From Veleropilina oligotropha (Eukaryota), in assembly GCA_048128005.1 (NCBI GenBank), contig JBEUKZ010000117.1:62001-126000 (forward strand): a DNA stretch of 64,000 nucleotides, given 5' to 3'. Under the pieces are notes generated by a model that worked only from the letters and a program-made list of their open reading frames with translations, was not told the DNA's origin and did no database searches. A program made the position numbers and the translations under genes. Shown piece after piece: positions 11,673 through 20,629 of this stretch. How positions within the stretch are numbered: the first letter of the stretch is position 1; each line of letters opens with the position of its first letter.

Positions 11673-14600
11673 ATGGATGACCTGCGCAATCTAGCGAAAG
11701 ATTATGGGATTCCCGCTCGGTCGAAGCTCAAGAAGCACGACCTCATCAGGGCAATCGCCAGGGTCCGTGCTGCGGAGTTTCGGAGCAGACTCGAGCGGGC
11801 GATGAAAACGGGAAGGTTCCCCTCCATACGTGGAGATGTGGAGAACCCCCACAAAAGAGGCCGACGTGCTCGCGAGTTGCGGCAGATTAAGGACGAGGTC
11901 GACGCCGCCCTGCAGGCTCGTAAATACGAATCCCAGGCTGAGAAAAATCCCAGGATTCGACTGAAGCCACTTCGCGCCATCACGGATCGAATCGTCAAGC
12001 GGTCTCGGAAAGAGACCCTTGCCCATGCTATTGCTCGGAAGGGGCCCGATCTTCTCATCTCCAAAACGCCCCGGACAGCCCAGGACTACCAGAAGGATCT
12101 TCTAGGGCAATTTACCACACCCGAGGGACAACGATTCATCGACCTGGATGACCAGGTCCCTCCCCCAGTAAGGCTCCCAGCAAAAGAGCCATGGGTGGAA
12201 CTCTTGAGCGACGCCAAAGACGAGTTTGAGGTCGATGGCGCCGTGGCGGCTTTCTCCACATGGAGGGTAGAAGTGGCTGGACGGCTGGCCCTGGATGCCC
12301 GTATGACAGATGCAAGGGCGGCACAGCTCCTCACAGCCCTTCCAAAGGGCGAGTTTCTTCTTAGGATAAAGTTCTTGCGTGAGTGGGGTGAAGGTGACTG
12401 GGTGGTCGAAGACAAGTTTGACCCGGTGAAGGCTGCGAGAAAGAAGGGCCAGGGTGTCTTTGAGATCTCTCAGGATACTAAGCCGGGTGCTATCACTGGG
12501 GTCGACAAGGTCTACTACGAGAATGCCTACCCGGTCACTGCAGTCGTCTACGGCGTCTATCCTCTCAGAGAACCAAACCCCGCCAACCTGGTTCCGATGA
12601 AGAACGGCGACCTCAACTGCGTTGCCCAACGAGTGGTTGAGCACTTCGAAGGTGCCCTTAGAGGACACGGACTCACCCCGACAAGGCGGCAGAAAATACT
12701 GGAGTGGGAAGAGCGAGTCCATGTAACAGGCGCCACCATGGATGATATAGCTACCCTCGAGAAGATCCTCAAACGGGCGATCACCTTGAGAGACATTGCC
12801 GGCGAGGACATCTACAACAGTGGGAAATACCAGGCCAGTATGTGGAAGTCCATAGAACTCATCTGTCACAACGGCCACGCCTGGTCGAAGGACCTACACT
12901 TCCCGCAAAGTAGAGAGGTCCACCTGTATGAGGGCGATGTCTGGGAAGCTATTCGACAAGCCACACAGAATGAGCCATTGGCTGTCTGGCTCCTAGGCGG
13001 TAAAGACCGACAGCTCGGCGTGGACCAGTTCGTGCTGCAAGATGGCTGCACGTACCGGACAAAAGAGGCTCACGAGAGACTTCAAGAAGCCTGTACAGCG
13101 CTGGGGAATGAGTCCCTAGCCGATCGAGCCTTTGGCGAGAACCATGCAGCTAGCATTATGGCTAAAGAGACCAACGGCTGGAAACCCACCCCGGCGAGCC
13201 TGCTCGATGACATCCAGAAGGCCTGTGTAGAGCATGGCCACGGCGGTCTCTGGAATTCCATGAATTACGACACGGGCGATGTCTGCTGCATCGATATGAA
13301 AGCCTGCTACCCTGCCAGCTTTCTGGGGCAGGGCGAGGCCAAGCCATACTTCGAAAGATTCGGACACGCAACCCACAGCATGACTCGGGTCGCAATTAAC
13401 GGTCCTCTTCCCGAAGATATCGGCACCGGCTTTGCTGAGGTCGTGGGGTGGGAGTTCGCACAAGACATCCACCCCGTCATTGTAGCATGGTTCGGGAAGC
13501 ACTTTGCAGAGAATGGATGGGCACCAACCCCGCTGCTCGCCTTCCTCATAGAATCTGGACTGCTAAAAAGCCTCAAGATCCGAGAAGCCATCATCGCGTT
13601 CAAAGCCCAGACCGATGTCTGGCTTCCGGAGAATCGTGACCAGGGCTGCAGTATCATCGGCAAATTCACCCAAGGCGCCAAGGCCGAGGGTAAAAGATTG
13701 ACACGGAGACTGGTGATTGACCAGGGAGAGCTGGACTTCCTGGTAAGAGACACCCGCCAAAGCGGTACCCTGGTCGGCGCACCTCAAAGGTGCCCTATGG
13801 GGCACATCCTCACGTACTATGATGGCTCCCAGCCTCAGTACGCCCACCTGAGGGCGTCCATGTTGGGGTATGCGCACATAAACCTCTTGAGCATGCTGAA
13901 GCGTTTCACCCCTGACGAGGCTGTCCGAGTAGCCACTGACAGCATCTACCTCAAGAAGGCCTCGTTGGAGAAGCTCGACGATGTCACGGTGTACGTTGCC
14001 CCCAGACTCTGCGGCTGTGGCGAGAAATCGTGCGTCTCATGTCTGATCGCGGAGCCGTACCTTCCGCCAGTAGCACCGGCCCAGTGGCGTGACAAGGGCG
14101 AACAGCTGTACATGCCACAGGAACATGCCGCATACCTGCCCAAGCCAGAGTATTGTTGTGCCGCCAATTCCAGCCAGCCGAGCACCGCGCCATGCTACAA
14201 TGACACACTGACCCACCATCGCCTGAGTTACCTCAACGGTGGAGGGGGCTGTGGCAAGACTACGAGAGCGATCGAGCTCTTTCGGGCAAGGAATCCCGTC
14301 GTGTTCACACCAACCCACCGCCTCGCTAAAGAGATGCGGACCAGAGGCGTCAAAGCCCAGACCTACCACAGCTTCTTCCGATGGAGCGGCCAGAATGACT
14401 GGACGCCTGACCGCATGGGTCAGAAGTTCATCCCGCGCGTCATTATCTGGGACGAGGTCTGTACTGTTCCCCGGGCTATTCTAGAGATGTTCTTGGACTG
14501 GCTGGGCCGCCACGAAGTGCAGGTTATCTGCTGTGGTGATCAAGGCCAGCCACCACCGATTACGGGCGAGATGCCGCACGATTGGCTGCGAAAGACCGCG

Positions 14601-15509
14601 GACTACTATGAAGAGATCGAAGTAGACTACAGGGCGAAAGACGACCCTGCCCTCCAAGCCCTGAAAAGACGTATCCGTCTCCAGTCCGACAAAGTCCAGT
14701 GCGACGAGATGCGACGGACCCTCCCCAGCTGCCTTGGATGGGATCGGTTTGTCAACACCTGGACGCCGCGCGACCTAATCCTCACAAGCCGTCAGAAGGT
14801 CCGCGAACGGGCTCAAGAGCTGTTGCTCCAGAGGCACAAGGAGCACTTCCCAGACTCCATGGTGCCTATCCTGTACCACCCCAGGGACAGCAGAAAACAG
14901 AACATCATGGTAACCATTCCGGGCACCAGCGACAGAGAGGAGCTAGTTCTGAACGACGTCGTCGAGGTCACCATTGAGGCCGCTGAGCGGGCTATCCTGA
15001 CCCCGGATTGGCGCCTGGGCTATGCCCTGACCATCCATTCGAGCCAGGGTCTTACGATTCACGACCCACAGAAAGTCTGGATCATCGACGACTACCTTCA
15101 GTGGAGTAATCTCGCCTACCTAGCCGTGTCCCGGGTGGAGCTGCTGCGTCAGCTCGAACGGGTAACCTGTCCACCGGATGAGGGTTCTGAGGACAAGCCC
15201 CGGCCCCAAACCGAGCAACAGCTCCGAAAGACCATCCAGAAAAAGCTTGTGGCGTACAAACGCCAGGACCAGGCAACGGGACTCCCGGGGTTTAACCTCA
15301 AGGTCGACGACATCCTGCGGCTCAGAGAGGCCCAAAACAACCGCTGCGCAGCATGCAACATAGAGCTGCTCTGGGCATATTCCCCGAAGGACACACAGCA
15401 GTTCAGTGTCGACCGTGTGGACAACAGCAGGGGCCACACCCGCGACAACGTGCGCTTAACGTGTCTGGAATGTAACCGGAAACGAGGATTTGCGGTTGTT
15501 AACGCCTGA
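11673..15509 (+). CDS. Multidomain replicase: HeH-like N-terminus, vOTU-like protease, protein-primed-type family B DNA polymerase, SF1 (Pif1/RecD-like) helicase, HNH-type nuclease (1278 aa)
   Basis: DMKACYP (PolB motif A), SIIGKF (B), ATDSIY (C); GGGGCGKT, WDE, GDQGQ, YALTIHSSQGLT, YLAVSR (SF1 motifs); CAAC...SVDRVDNSRGH..DNV...CLECN (HNH). Confidence 0.85.
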   Translation: MDDLRNLAKDYGIPARSKLKKHDLIRAIARVRAAEFRSRLERAMKTGRFPSIRGDVENPHKRGRRARELRQIKDEVDAALQARKYESQAEKNPRIRLKPLRAITDRIVKRSRKETLAHAIARKGPDLLISKTPRTAQDYQKDLLGQFTTPEGQRFIDLDDQVPPPVRLPAKEPWVELLSDAKDEFEVDGAVAAFSTWRVEVAGRLALDARMTDARAAQLLTALPKGEFLLRIKFLREWGEGDWVVEDKFDPVKAARKKGQGVFEISQDTKPGAITGVDKVYYENAYPVTAVVYGVYPLREPNPANLVPMKNGDLNCVAQRVVEHFEGALRGHGLTPTRRQKILEWEERVHVTGATMDDIATLEKILKRAITLRDIAGEDIYNSGKYQASMWKSIELICHNGHAWSKDLHFPQSREVHLYEGDVWEAIRQATQNEPLAVWLLGGKDRQLGVDQFVLQDGCTYRTKEAHERLQEACTALGNESLADRAFGENHAASIMAKETNGWKPTPASLLDDIQKACVEHGHGGLWNSMNYDTGDVCCIDMKACYPASFLGQGEAKPYFERFGHATHSMTRVAINGPLPEDIGTGFAEVVGWEFAQDIHPVIVAWFGKHFAENGWAPTPLLAFLIESGLLKSLKIREAIIAFKAQTDVWLPENRDQGCSIIGKFTQGAKAEGKRLTRRLVIDQGELDFLVRDTRQSGTLVGAPQRCPMGHILTYYDGSQPQYAHLRASMLGYAHINLLSMLKRFTPDEAVRVATDSIYLKKASLEKLDDVTVYVAPRLCGCGEKSCVSCLIAEPYLPPVAPAQWRDKGEQLYMPQEHAAYLPKPEYCCAANSSQPSTAPCYNDTLTHHRLSYLNGGGGCGKTTRAIELFRARNPVVFTPTHRLAKEMRTRGVKAQTYHSFFRWSGQNDWTPDRMGQKFIPRVIIWDEVCTVPRAILEMFLDWLGRHEVQVICCGDQGQPPPITGEMPHDWLRKTADYYEEIEVDYRAKDDPALQALKRRIRLQSDKVQCDEMRRTLPSCLGWDRFVNTWTPRDLILTSRQKVRERAQELLLQRHKEHFPDSMVPILYHPRDSRKQNIMVTIPGTSDREELVLNDVVEVTIEAAERAILTPDWRLGYALTIHSSQGLTIHDPQKVWIIDDYLQWSNLAYLAVSRVELLRQLERVTCPPDEGSEDKPRPQTEQQLRKTIQKKLVAYKRQDQATGLPGFNLKVDDILRLREAQNNRCAACNIELLWAYSPKDTQQFSVDRVDNSRGHTRDNVRLTCLECNRKRGFAVVNA

Positions 15510-16497
15510 GAACCGGCGGCAGCTGGGTATCACGAGGCACCACGAGAAGTTCCTCTCGAACAAACCCACGCGGTGGTCCATCCAGCAAGTAGTAGAGCAC
15601 AGGCTCGTCAGGCTTAGTGACGGAGCGTCCAAGCCTGTAAACTTTTAGAGACCACACCGGGTCAGTAGCACGGCGATGACCCCCCTCCAGCTCACCATCG
15701 TAGTAAAGGTAGCGAACATCTACGTCAGAGGGGAGTTTCTGTTCCTTCCCCTGTCGGCCTGGAACAGTGGCGCCTGGCTTTTGGGCAACGCGAGGTGCCT
15801 TGATGGCGTCCTTGGGCTTTTTACCGGTCAGCCTGGTCACTTCCCCATTCAAGGCCGCAACTACAGCTGCTAACCGGGCGACCCACTCAGTTGACCTTTG
15901 ACCATCTTTCGCAGACTCTGCAAACCGCATCTCTGTTGCATACTGGTGCCCGAAGAGCCGCTCAGCGAGCGTCCGGTTGAAGCGCTCCACAATGCCCTGA
16001 TCGCGATGGATATCCACACGGCCACGCCTAACCTCGACGTTATTCTTTGCCAGCAGCTGGGAAACCGCGCCCATAAACTCTCGCCCTGGATCGACTTGAA
16101 GCAGTTTCGGCCAGCCAAGAGGACTCCGCCTGTAGATTCGGGCTAGTGCTTCAGCAACCCCTTTGGCCTCTTTTGTGACCAGAGGCTCAGCCTCTTTAAA
16201 GCGACTGGCCACATCAACCACAGTCAAAGCGTACTTGTACGTTTTACGGCCGACCTTGTCATGGGGCAGAAACAGGAGATCGGCTTGGTGAACCTCGTTC
16301 GGCGTCGTAACGTCAAACCGTGGTCTTGGAATCCGCCGTGGCGCAGGTAAATAGATCTGCCATATAGCCTGCCTCTTAAGCCATGTCCGGGCCTCCACTT
16401 CAGACGCCTTGGCAGCGTCAGCTAGTTTCTTTATCGCGGCAATGCCTTTCCAGTAGCCCTTAGGGCTGTAGTACATCCTCGCAAGCTTACTATCCAT
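15499..16497 (-). CDS. Retroviral-type (rve, DDE) integrase
   Basis: HQADLL, QVDPGREF and IVERFNRTL catalytic motifs; Polinton-type N-terminal YYSP and C-terminal WS..VY...Y.L...F..EEL. Confidence 0.92.
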   Translation of the reverse strand: MDSKLARMYYSPKGYWKGIAAIKKLADAAKASEVEARTWLKRQAIWQIYLPAPRRIPRPRFDVTTPNEVHQADLLFLPHDKVGRKTYKYALTVVDVASRFKEAEPLVTKEAKGVAEALARIYRRSPLGWPKLLQVDPGREFMGAVSQLLAKNNVEVRRGRVDIHRDQGIVERFNRTLAERLFGHQYATEMRFAESAKDGQRSTEWVARLAAVVAALNGEVTRLTGKKPKDAIKAPRVAQKPGATVPGRQGKEQKLPSDVDVRYLYYDGELEGGHRRATDPVWSLKVYRLGRSVTKPDEPVLYYLLDGPPRGFVREELLVVPRDTQLPPVLRR

Positions 16498-16711
16498 CAG
16501 CAATGTATTCCAGTAAACTGATCAGTCTCCAACAGGCTTCAGCTTCCGGAGCCGGTCGCTGCGCAGTCGTCGCCCGTAGGTTGGTCGGGCCCGAGAGCAC
16601 CAGGACCGCGAACCGCACCATAGTCTTTTCGTCGCGGCGCCAGCAGTTGAGTAACGTAGTACTATAGCCGACCGCAAGCATAGCGCAGTACAGCTCTTCT
16701 GGGAGCCCCAT
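16490..16711 (-). CDS. Hypothetical protein (73 aa; 96 aa in copy 2)
   Basis: ATG preceded by TATAATA; homologue in copy 2 differs by in-frame indels. Confidence 0.55.
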   Translation of the reverse strand: MGLPEELYCAMLAVGYSTTLLNCWRRDEKTMVRFAVLVLSGPTNLRATTAQRPAPEAEACWRLISLLEYIADG

Positions 16712-16751
16712 TATTATACATGCCAACGAAAAAAATGTCCACTGGAAATAA

Positions 16752-17180
16752 TTAGGCGAGCTTGTAGGCGACCAACCCGGTCGCAGCCATCCCCAGGATG
16801 ATGAAGGTGATCTCACGTCCCTTCTGGCCATCGCTCGGTGTGTAGTAGTCGGACAGCTGGGGCTCAGGGCCACCCCCCAGGCCGGGGTCAAGGTTCTTGC
16901 CGGTGATCAATGCATACTCACGGATCGCGGCGTCAACATCCCGGAATGTGCCAACGGCATGACCCTGGCGGCGAAGTTCAACGTTCAGCCAGTCGAGACG
17001 CTCTGCCCTCTTTTGGGACCATTTAGTCTGAGCAGCGTTGAGCTGTTCTACAGCAATGTCGTGGCGTTTACGCTCCGCATCGACACCGGAGCTGCGTAGC
17101 TTCGAGAAGAGGAAGTTGGAGCCGCTGAAGGCGAGGGCGTTGACGAGAGCGCCCCCAACCAGCATCGCAATGGAAGCCAT
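16752..17180 (-). CDS. Hypothetical membrane protein (142 aa)
   Basis: Hydrophobic N- and C-terminal segments around a coiled-coil; conserved in copy 2 with many synonymous changes. Confidence 0.8.
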   Translation of the reverse strand: MASIAMLVGGALVNALAFSGSNFLFSKLRSSGVDAERKRHDIAVEQLNAAQTKWSQKRAERLDWLNVELRRQGHAVGTFRDVDAAIREYALITGKNLDPGLGGGPEPQLSDYYTPSDGQKGREITFIILGMAATGLVAYKLA

Positions 17181-17211
17181 TGAAATGCTGCGATTATCTA
17201 GCAAGGTCCCA

Positions 17212-17451
17212 CTACTTCAATATATCGGCCGGAATGATGCCTTGCTTGATCAGCATGTCTTTCGTCGCCATGGCGAGCGCTACGTCGAGGACGACCATCC
17301 CGACATCGTAGCCCGTGAAGTCCAGTTTGGGGCTCGCTCCCTTGAATACCATCTTTGTCAGGCGTGCGTAGCCTATGGCGAGGCCTGACACTATAGCGGC
17401 GTGGTATACAGCGTTGCCGAGCATCTTTCCATCAGTGATTGGGGTAGTCAT
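17212..17451 (-). CDS. Small hydrophobic hypothetical protein (79 aa)
   Basis: Two hydrophobic helices; same length and near-identical protein in copy 2. Confidence 0.8.
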   Translation of the reverse strand: MTTPITDGKMLGNAVYHAAIVSGLAIGYARLTKMVFKGASPKLDFTGYDVGMVVLDVALAMATKDMLIKQGIIPADILK

Positions 17452-17476
17452 AACTGTTGATTAGTACCGTTTGTGA

Positions 17477-17968
17477 CTATTGCATATGAAAAGGGTTCTG
17501 CTTCTTCAATTCGATAGTGGGGGCGGCCCGAGAGCACCGAGCGTCCGCGTCTGGTGGCTGTTGATGTGGTGTGGATGGACCAGGGTTGCTGCGTTCTGAG
17601 GACGTCTTCCAGACAACAAATACCAACGCAACCGTACCGGCAGCGACGGCTACCTGGGTCCAATTAAATAGGTCCGATTTCCGTGTATCTGGCGCACGCG
17701 GTCTTTCTGCGGCTGGAACCGCCTCCCCGGGCTGTTCTGATGGAACGACAACACTTGTTGGGGCACTCAGGTCTTCTTTCATTTTTCGAACCGCGGCCAG
17801 TAGCTTCTCCTGCTTGGCTTTTCGAGCAGCAGCGCCGGCCCTCCCTGCAGCCACTTTTTTCGGGTCCTTTTTACTCACTGATGAGTCCGTCGAAGAAGTC
17901 ACCCTCTCTATCGGCTGGCTCTCGATCGGCTGTCTCTCGATCACTTGGTCCACTTCCGGCGTTGTCAT
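17477..17968 (-). CDS. Basic hypothetical protein with one TM segment (163 aa)
   Basis: KDPKKVAAGRAGAAARKAKQE basic motif and VAVAAGTVALVFVVW TM conserved in copy 2 while linkers vary. Confidence 0.7.
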   Translation of the reverse strand: MTTPEVDQVIERQPIESQPIERVTSSTDSSVSKKDPKKVAAGRAGAAARKAKQEKLLAAVRKMKEDLSAPTSVVVPSEQPGEAVPAAERPRAPDTRKSDLFNWTQVAVAAGTVALVFVVWKTSSERSNPGPSTPHQQPPDADARCSRAAPTIELKKQNPFHMQ

Positions 17969-18626
17969 CTTGATCTGGTATCTTAGGCGGGCAAACATGT
18001 CCAAATTGGCAGTGCTTAGCCGTGGTCAACGCTGCGGTCAGCGGTGCGAGGTACATGCCATATTTATAATACAGCTCACAGCTTGCAGTGGTCAGGGCAT
18101 GTGAGATGAACGGGTCGGCCTCCAGGTCGGCGATCAGTCGTAGCTGGTTTGCTGGTGGAATGGGCAGGAACATCCCAGCTGCCCCCGCGTAGAGATGAAT
18201 AGCTGAAGTCCCCAGAGTCTTCGTCACATCGGCACCGAGTTTCGCTTCATACCTCGCGTGGTGCTTTTCGACCTCGTCGTCAGTCATGTCGTCTATCCGG
18301 TCCACTGTGAGGTTACGCCCCATGTATCGGTGGGCCTGTCCTCCAACGGCTAAGGCTGCAAGCCTCTCACGCTTTGCCGCGCAAACGGAACTTGCGACTC
18401 CACTGTTACTGACAGGTTCCTTGCCATCGGGAGTCAAGCGACAGCTGTTGATGGTCGTTTCTTGTTCGTCATCCATGAGTTGATCGATGAGGCTGTCCAT
18501 CCTGAAGCGTTTCCAGCATCGCCTCACCGGTCTAATATAACTGTAAATCCAATACCACAATGTAGCGAGTAGGAGCAAGATCAGGCTCTGGCTGAAAGCA
18601 AAAGCTAGATATACAGTGTCCGACAT
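17871..18626 (-). CDS. Hypothetical protein with N-terminal TM (251 aa)
   Basis: Long ORF in the minus-strand gene block; homologue frameshifted in copy 2. Confidence 0.7.
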   Translation of the reverse strand: MSDTVYLAFAFSQSLILLLLATLWYWIYSYIRPVRRCWKRFRMDSLIDQLMDDEQETTINSCRLTPDGKEPVSNSGVASSVCAAKRERLAALAVGGQAHRYMGRNLTVDRIDDMTDDEVEKHHARYEAKLGADVTKTLGTSAIHLYAGAAGMFLPIPPANQLRLIADLEADPFISHALTTASCELYYKYGMYLAPLTAALTTAKHCQFGHVCPPKIPDQDDNAGSGPSDRETADREPADREGDFFDGLISE

Positions 18627-18687
18627 GCTGGGTAGATGCTCAGTAGACTACAGCTTGCTGGGTAGATGCTCAGTAGACTACAGCTTG

Positions 18688-19320
18688 CTAAAGCACAATA
18701 TAAGCAACGGGCTGATCAGTTTTCAACAGAAGCTTAGCGTGTCGTGTCTCGGCCAACAGCCGGCGAACCTCGGTCCGTTCATCCTGCGACGGGATTACAT
18801 CGTTCTCGCGCAGACAGTCCTCGAAACTGTCGCGGTCCTTGCAATGGAACAGCGCGACCCAGCGGGTCTGCTCTCTGAGCTCCTTCAAGACCGAGTTGTA
18901 CTTTTGCGTCACTACCCATACGCTCTGGGAAGCATGCCTGCCGCTGAAGGCCAACAAAGTCAGCATGTCCCTCCTCTTTGCCATAGCCTTGCTCGCGGCG
19001 CAGTCGTCGATTATGTACAGAGTTGATTCCCCCTGAAACAGTCGGTAGAACCCCCGCAGCCAGTCATGGAGTCGCTCACCCGGGGGGACTAAATACACCT
19101 CAGGGTCGGTCCAGATCCACGGACAAGACTGGTATGCTTTGTTGTACTTGATCGTGGGGCAGAGGACCACGATATGCCGGAAGACGCCTCGATACTCCCC
19201 TTCCAGCAGTTCAAGCATGAAAACCGTCTTCCCACAGCCCGTCTGGCCGCAGATGATTGCGGAGTGGGGGTCCTTGGTGTGCGGAAATCGTTTAGTACAG
19301 TGCTTCGACGAATCGGCCAT
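18688..19320 (-). CDS. A32-like (FtsK/HerA family) genome-packaging ATPase
   Basis: Walker A GQTGCGKT, Walker B YIIDD, SGRH...VVTQ motif. Confidence 0.9.
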   Translation of the reverse strand: MADSSKHCTKRFPHTKDPHSAIICGQTGCGKTVFMLELLEGEYRGVFRHIVVLCPTIKYNKAYQSCPWIWTDPEVYLVPPGERLHDWLRGFYRLFQGESTLYIIDDCAASKAMAKRRDMLTLLAFSGRHASQSVWVVTQKYNSVLKELREQTRWVALFHCKDRDSFEDCLRENDVIPSQDERTEVRRLLAETRHAKLLLKTDQPVAYIVL

Positions 19321-20593
19321 TCTCGATATTCAGCTGTGCGTCCATGATCACGAACTCGTAGACGTTCAGTGGACCGGCCGCTTCGGCTGTTTTAGTGATC
19401 TGAATAGTAATGCCTTCGCTGGCGTTCTCGACCCTCCGGCCTGACCCGTGCAACTGATCGTCGTCAGTTACCCGCATATCGATCCAGAGCGCAAATTTCT
19501 TAGTCAGAAATTCGCCCAGGGTGACGTCTGCCATCTCCAAGTCCTTTGCGACCATCGCGACCTCAGGATGCCGCTTGCTGCAGCCGGAGGCGAACATTTT
19601 CTTGGCTTCTTCCCAGATCTGGTATGTTCGCATGCCCTGGCTGTAGATTTGATTCGGGACACCCTCGATTGTGACCTCGACCTTTGTGATCTTCGGATTA
19701 TAGAAGGCCTCAGTATCGCGAGAGAATGGCGCGGCGTCTCTCGCAGGGTCCTCGAACAACAGTAGTATTCCTTTCATCGACCTCGCCGGTACGTTCACAT
19801 TCATATTCCACAACGAGTCGCTCTTGTCTAGGGTGAGCTTCCGATGCCGGAGAACACGGTCGTACAGGATTACGAGTTGACCCTGGTATTGATTTCGAAT
19901 CCGTCTGGCAAGCTCGGATTGGGTTACCATGTCATATTCGAGGGATATATTGTCGATGGAATAGCTGGAACCGGAGTCGTCCGTCTCCCGGATAGTCCGG
20001 GAGTAGTCGTTGAACGTTAGCTCATACTCGAGACGGTCTCCAAGGGCGCTTTGATAGAATGGCATGTGACTTTCCAACAGCTCGAAATCCAGCGGGATGC
20101 GGAATCGGTTACCGTACGCGGCCGCGACCGCGACATCCTCAGACAGTCTAAAGGCGTCTGCCGCACCAACACGATGCTTCGTAGTGTTGTGCCCATCGCT
20201 GGTATCAATCCCCTGGTACTGGGCGTTCTTGCGCTCCCCGGTGGTCTTCCAGAGATCGCAGTAGCAGTGGTACACGTCGGAGTCGTCAATCGACATGATC
20301 TCGTTTCCACTTATCTTTATCGTGGTCTTTCTGATCACGGCACGGCCGATATTTTGCACTACAGTCCTATTCGCATTTACCGAGGTCAGAGAGATGGTAA
20401 ATGCGAGGTGGGCAGTCCCTGGAACGATCACGTCATTCGCCCCGAGATTAGGGAACCGAACCAGGAGCTGCTGGTTCGGGGCAATCGTTGATGGATTGTT
20501 TGTAATCGTGACCGACTGGCGGATGCCCTTGACTGCGAGGGGCTCACGCAGCCTGCGGTATGGATTAAGCTTGCGTCCGTATACGCTAGTCAT
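19292..20593 (-). CDS. Putative double jelly-roll major capsid protein (433 aa)
   Basis: Size, beta-rich pattern (FRIPLDFELL, LEYELTF, ISLEYD), adjacency to packaging ATPase, identical length in copy 2; fold not verified. Confidence 0.72.
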   Translation of the reverse strand: MTSVYGRKLNPYRRLREPLAVKGIRQSVTITNNPSTIAPNQQLLVRFPNLGANDVIVPGTAHLAFTISLTSVNANRTVVQNIGRAVIRKTTIKISGNEIMSIDDSDVYHCYCDLWKTTGERKNAQYQGIDTSDGHNTTKHRVGAADAFRLSEDVAVAAAYGNRFRIPLDFELLESHMPFYQSALGDRLEYELTFNDYSRTIRETDDSGSSYSIDNISLEYDMVTQSELARRIRNQYQGQLVILYDRVLRHRKLTLDKSDSLWNMNVNVPARSMKGILLLFEDPARDAAPFSRDTEAFYNPKITKVEVTIEGVPNQIYSQGMRTYQIWEEAKKMFASGCSKRHPEVAMVAKDLEMADVTLGEFLTKKFALWIDMRVTDDDQLHGSGRRVENASEGITIQITKTAEAAGPLNVYEFVIMDAQLNIENGRFVEALY

Positions 20594-20629
20594 GGCTGAA
20601 TTAGATGCGTATCCCACTGATGTATTCAA

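Noticed and set aside
11691..15448. Numerous antisense and alternate-frame ORFs inside the viral genes (also in copy 2)
   Set aside because: Expected in GC-rich coding DNA; boundaries mostly differ between the two copies and no motifs are present
11673..15509. Helitron RepHel interpretation because of the Pif1-like helicase
   Set aside because: No HUH Rep motifs; PolB motifs, TIRs, TSD, integrase and capsid module indicate a Polinton-like element
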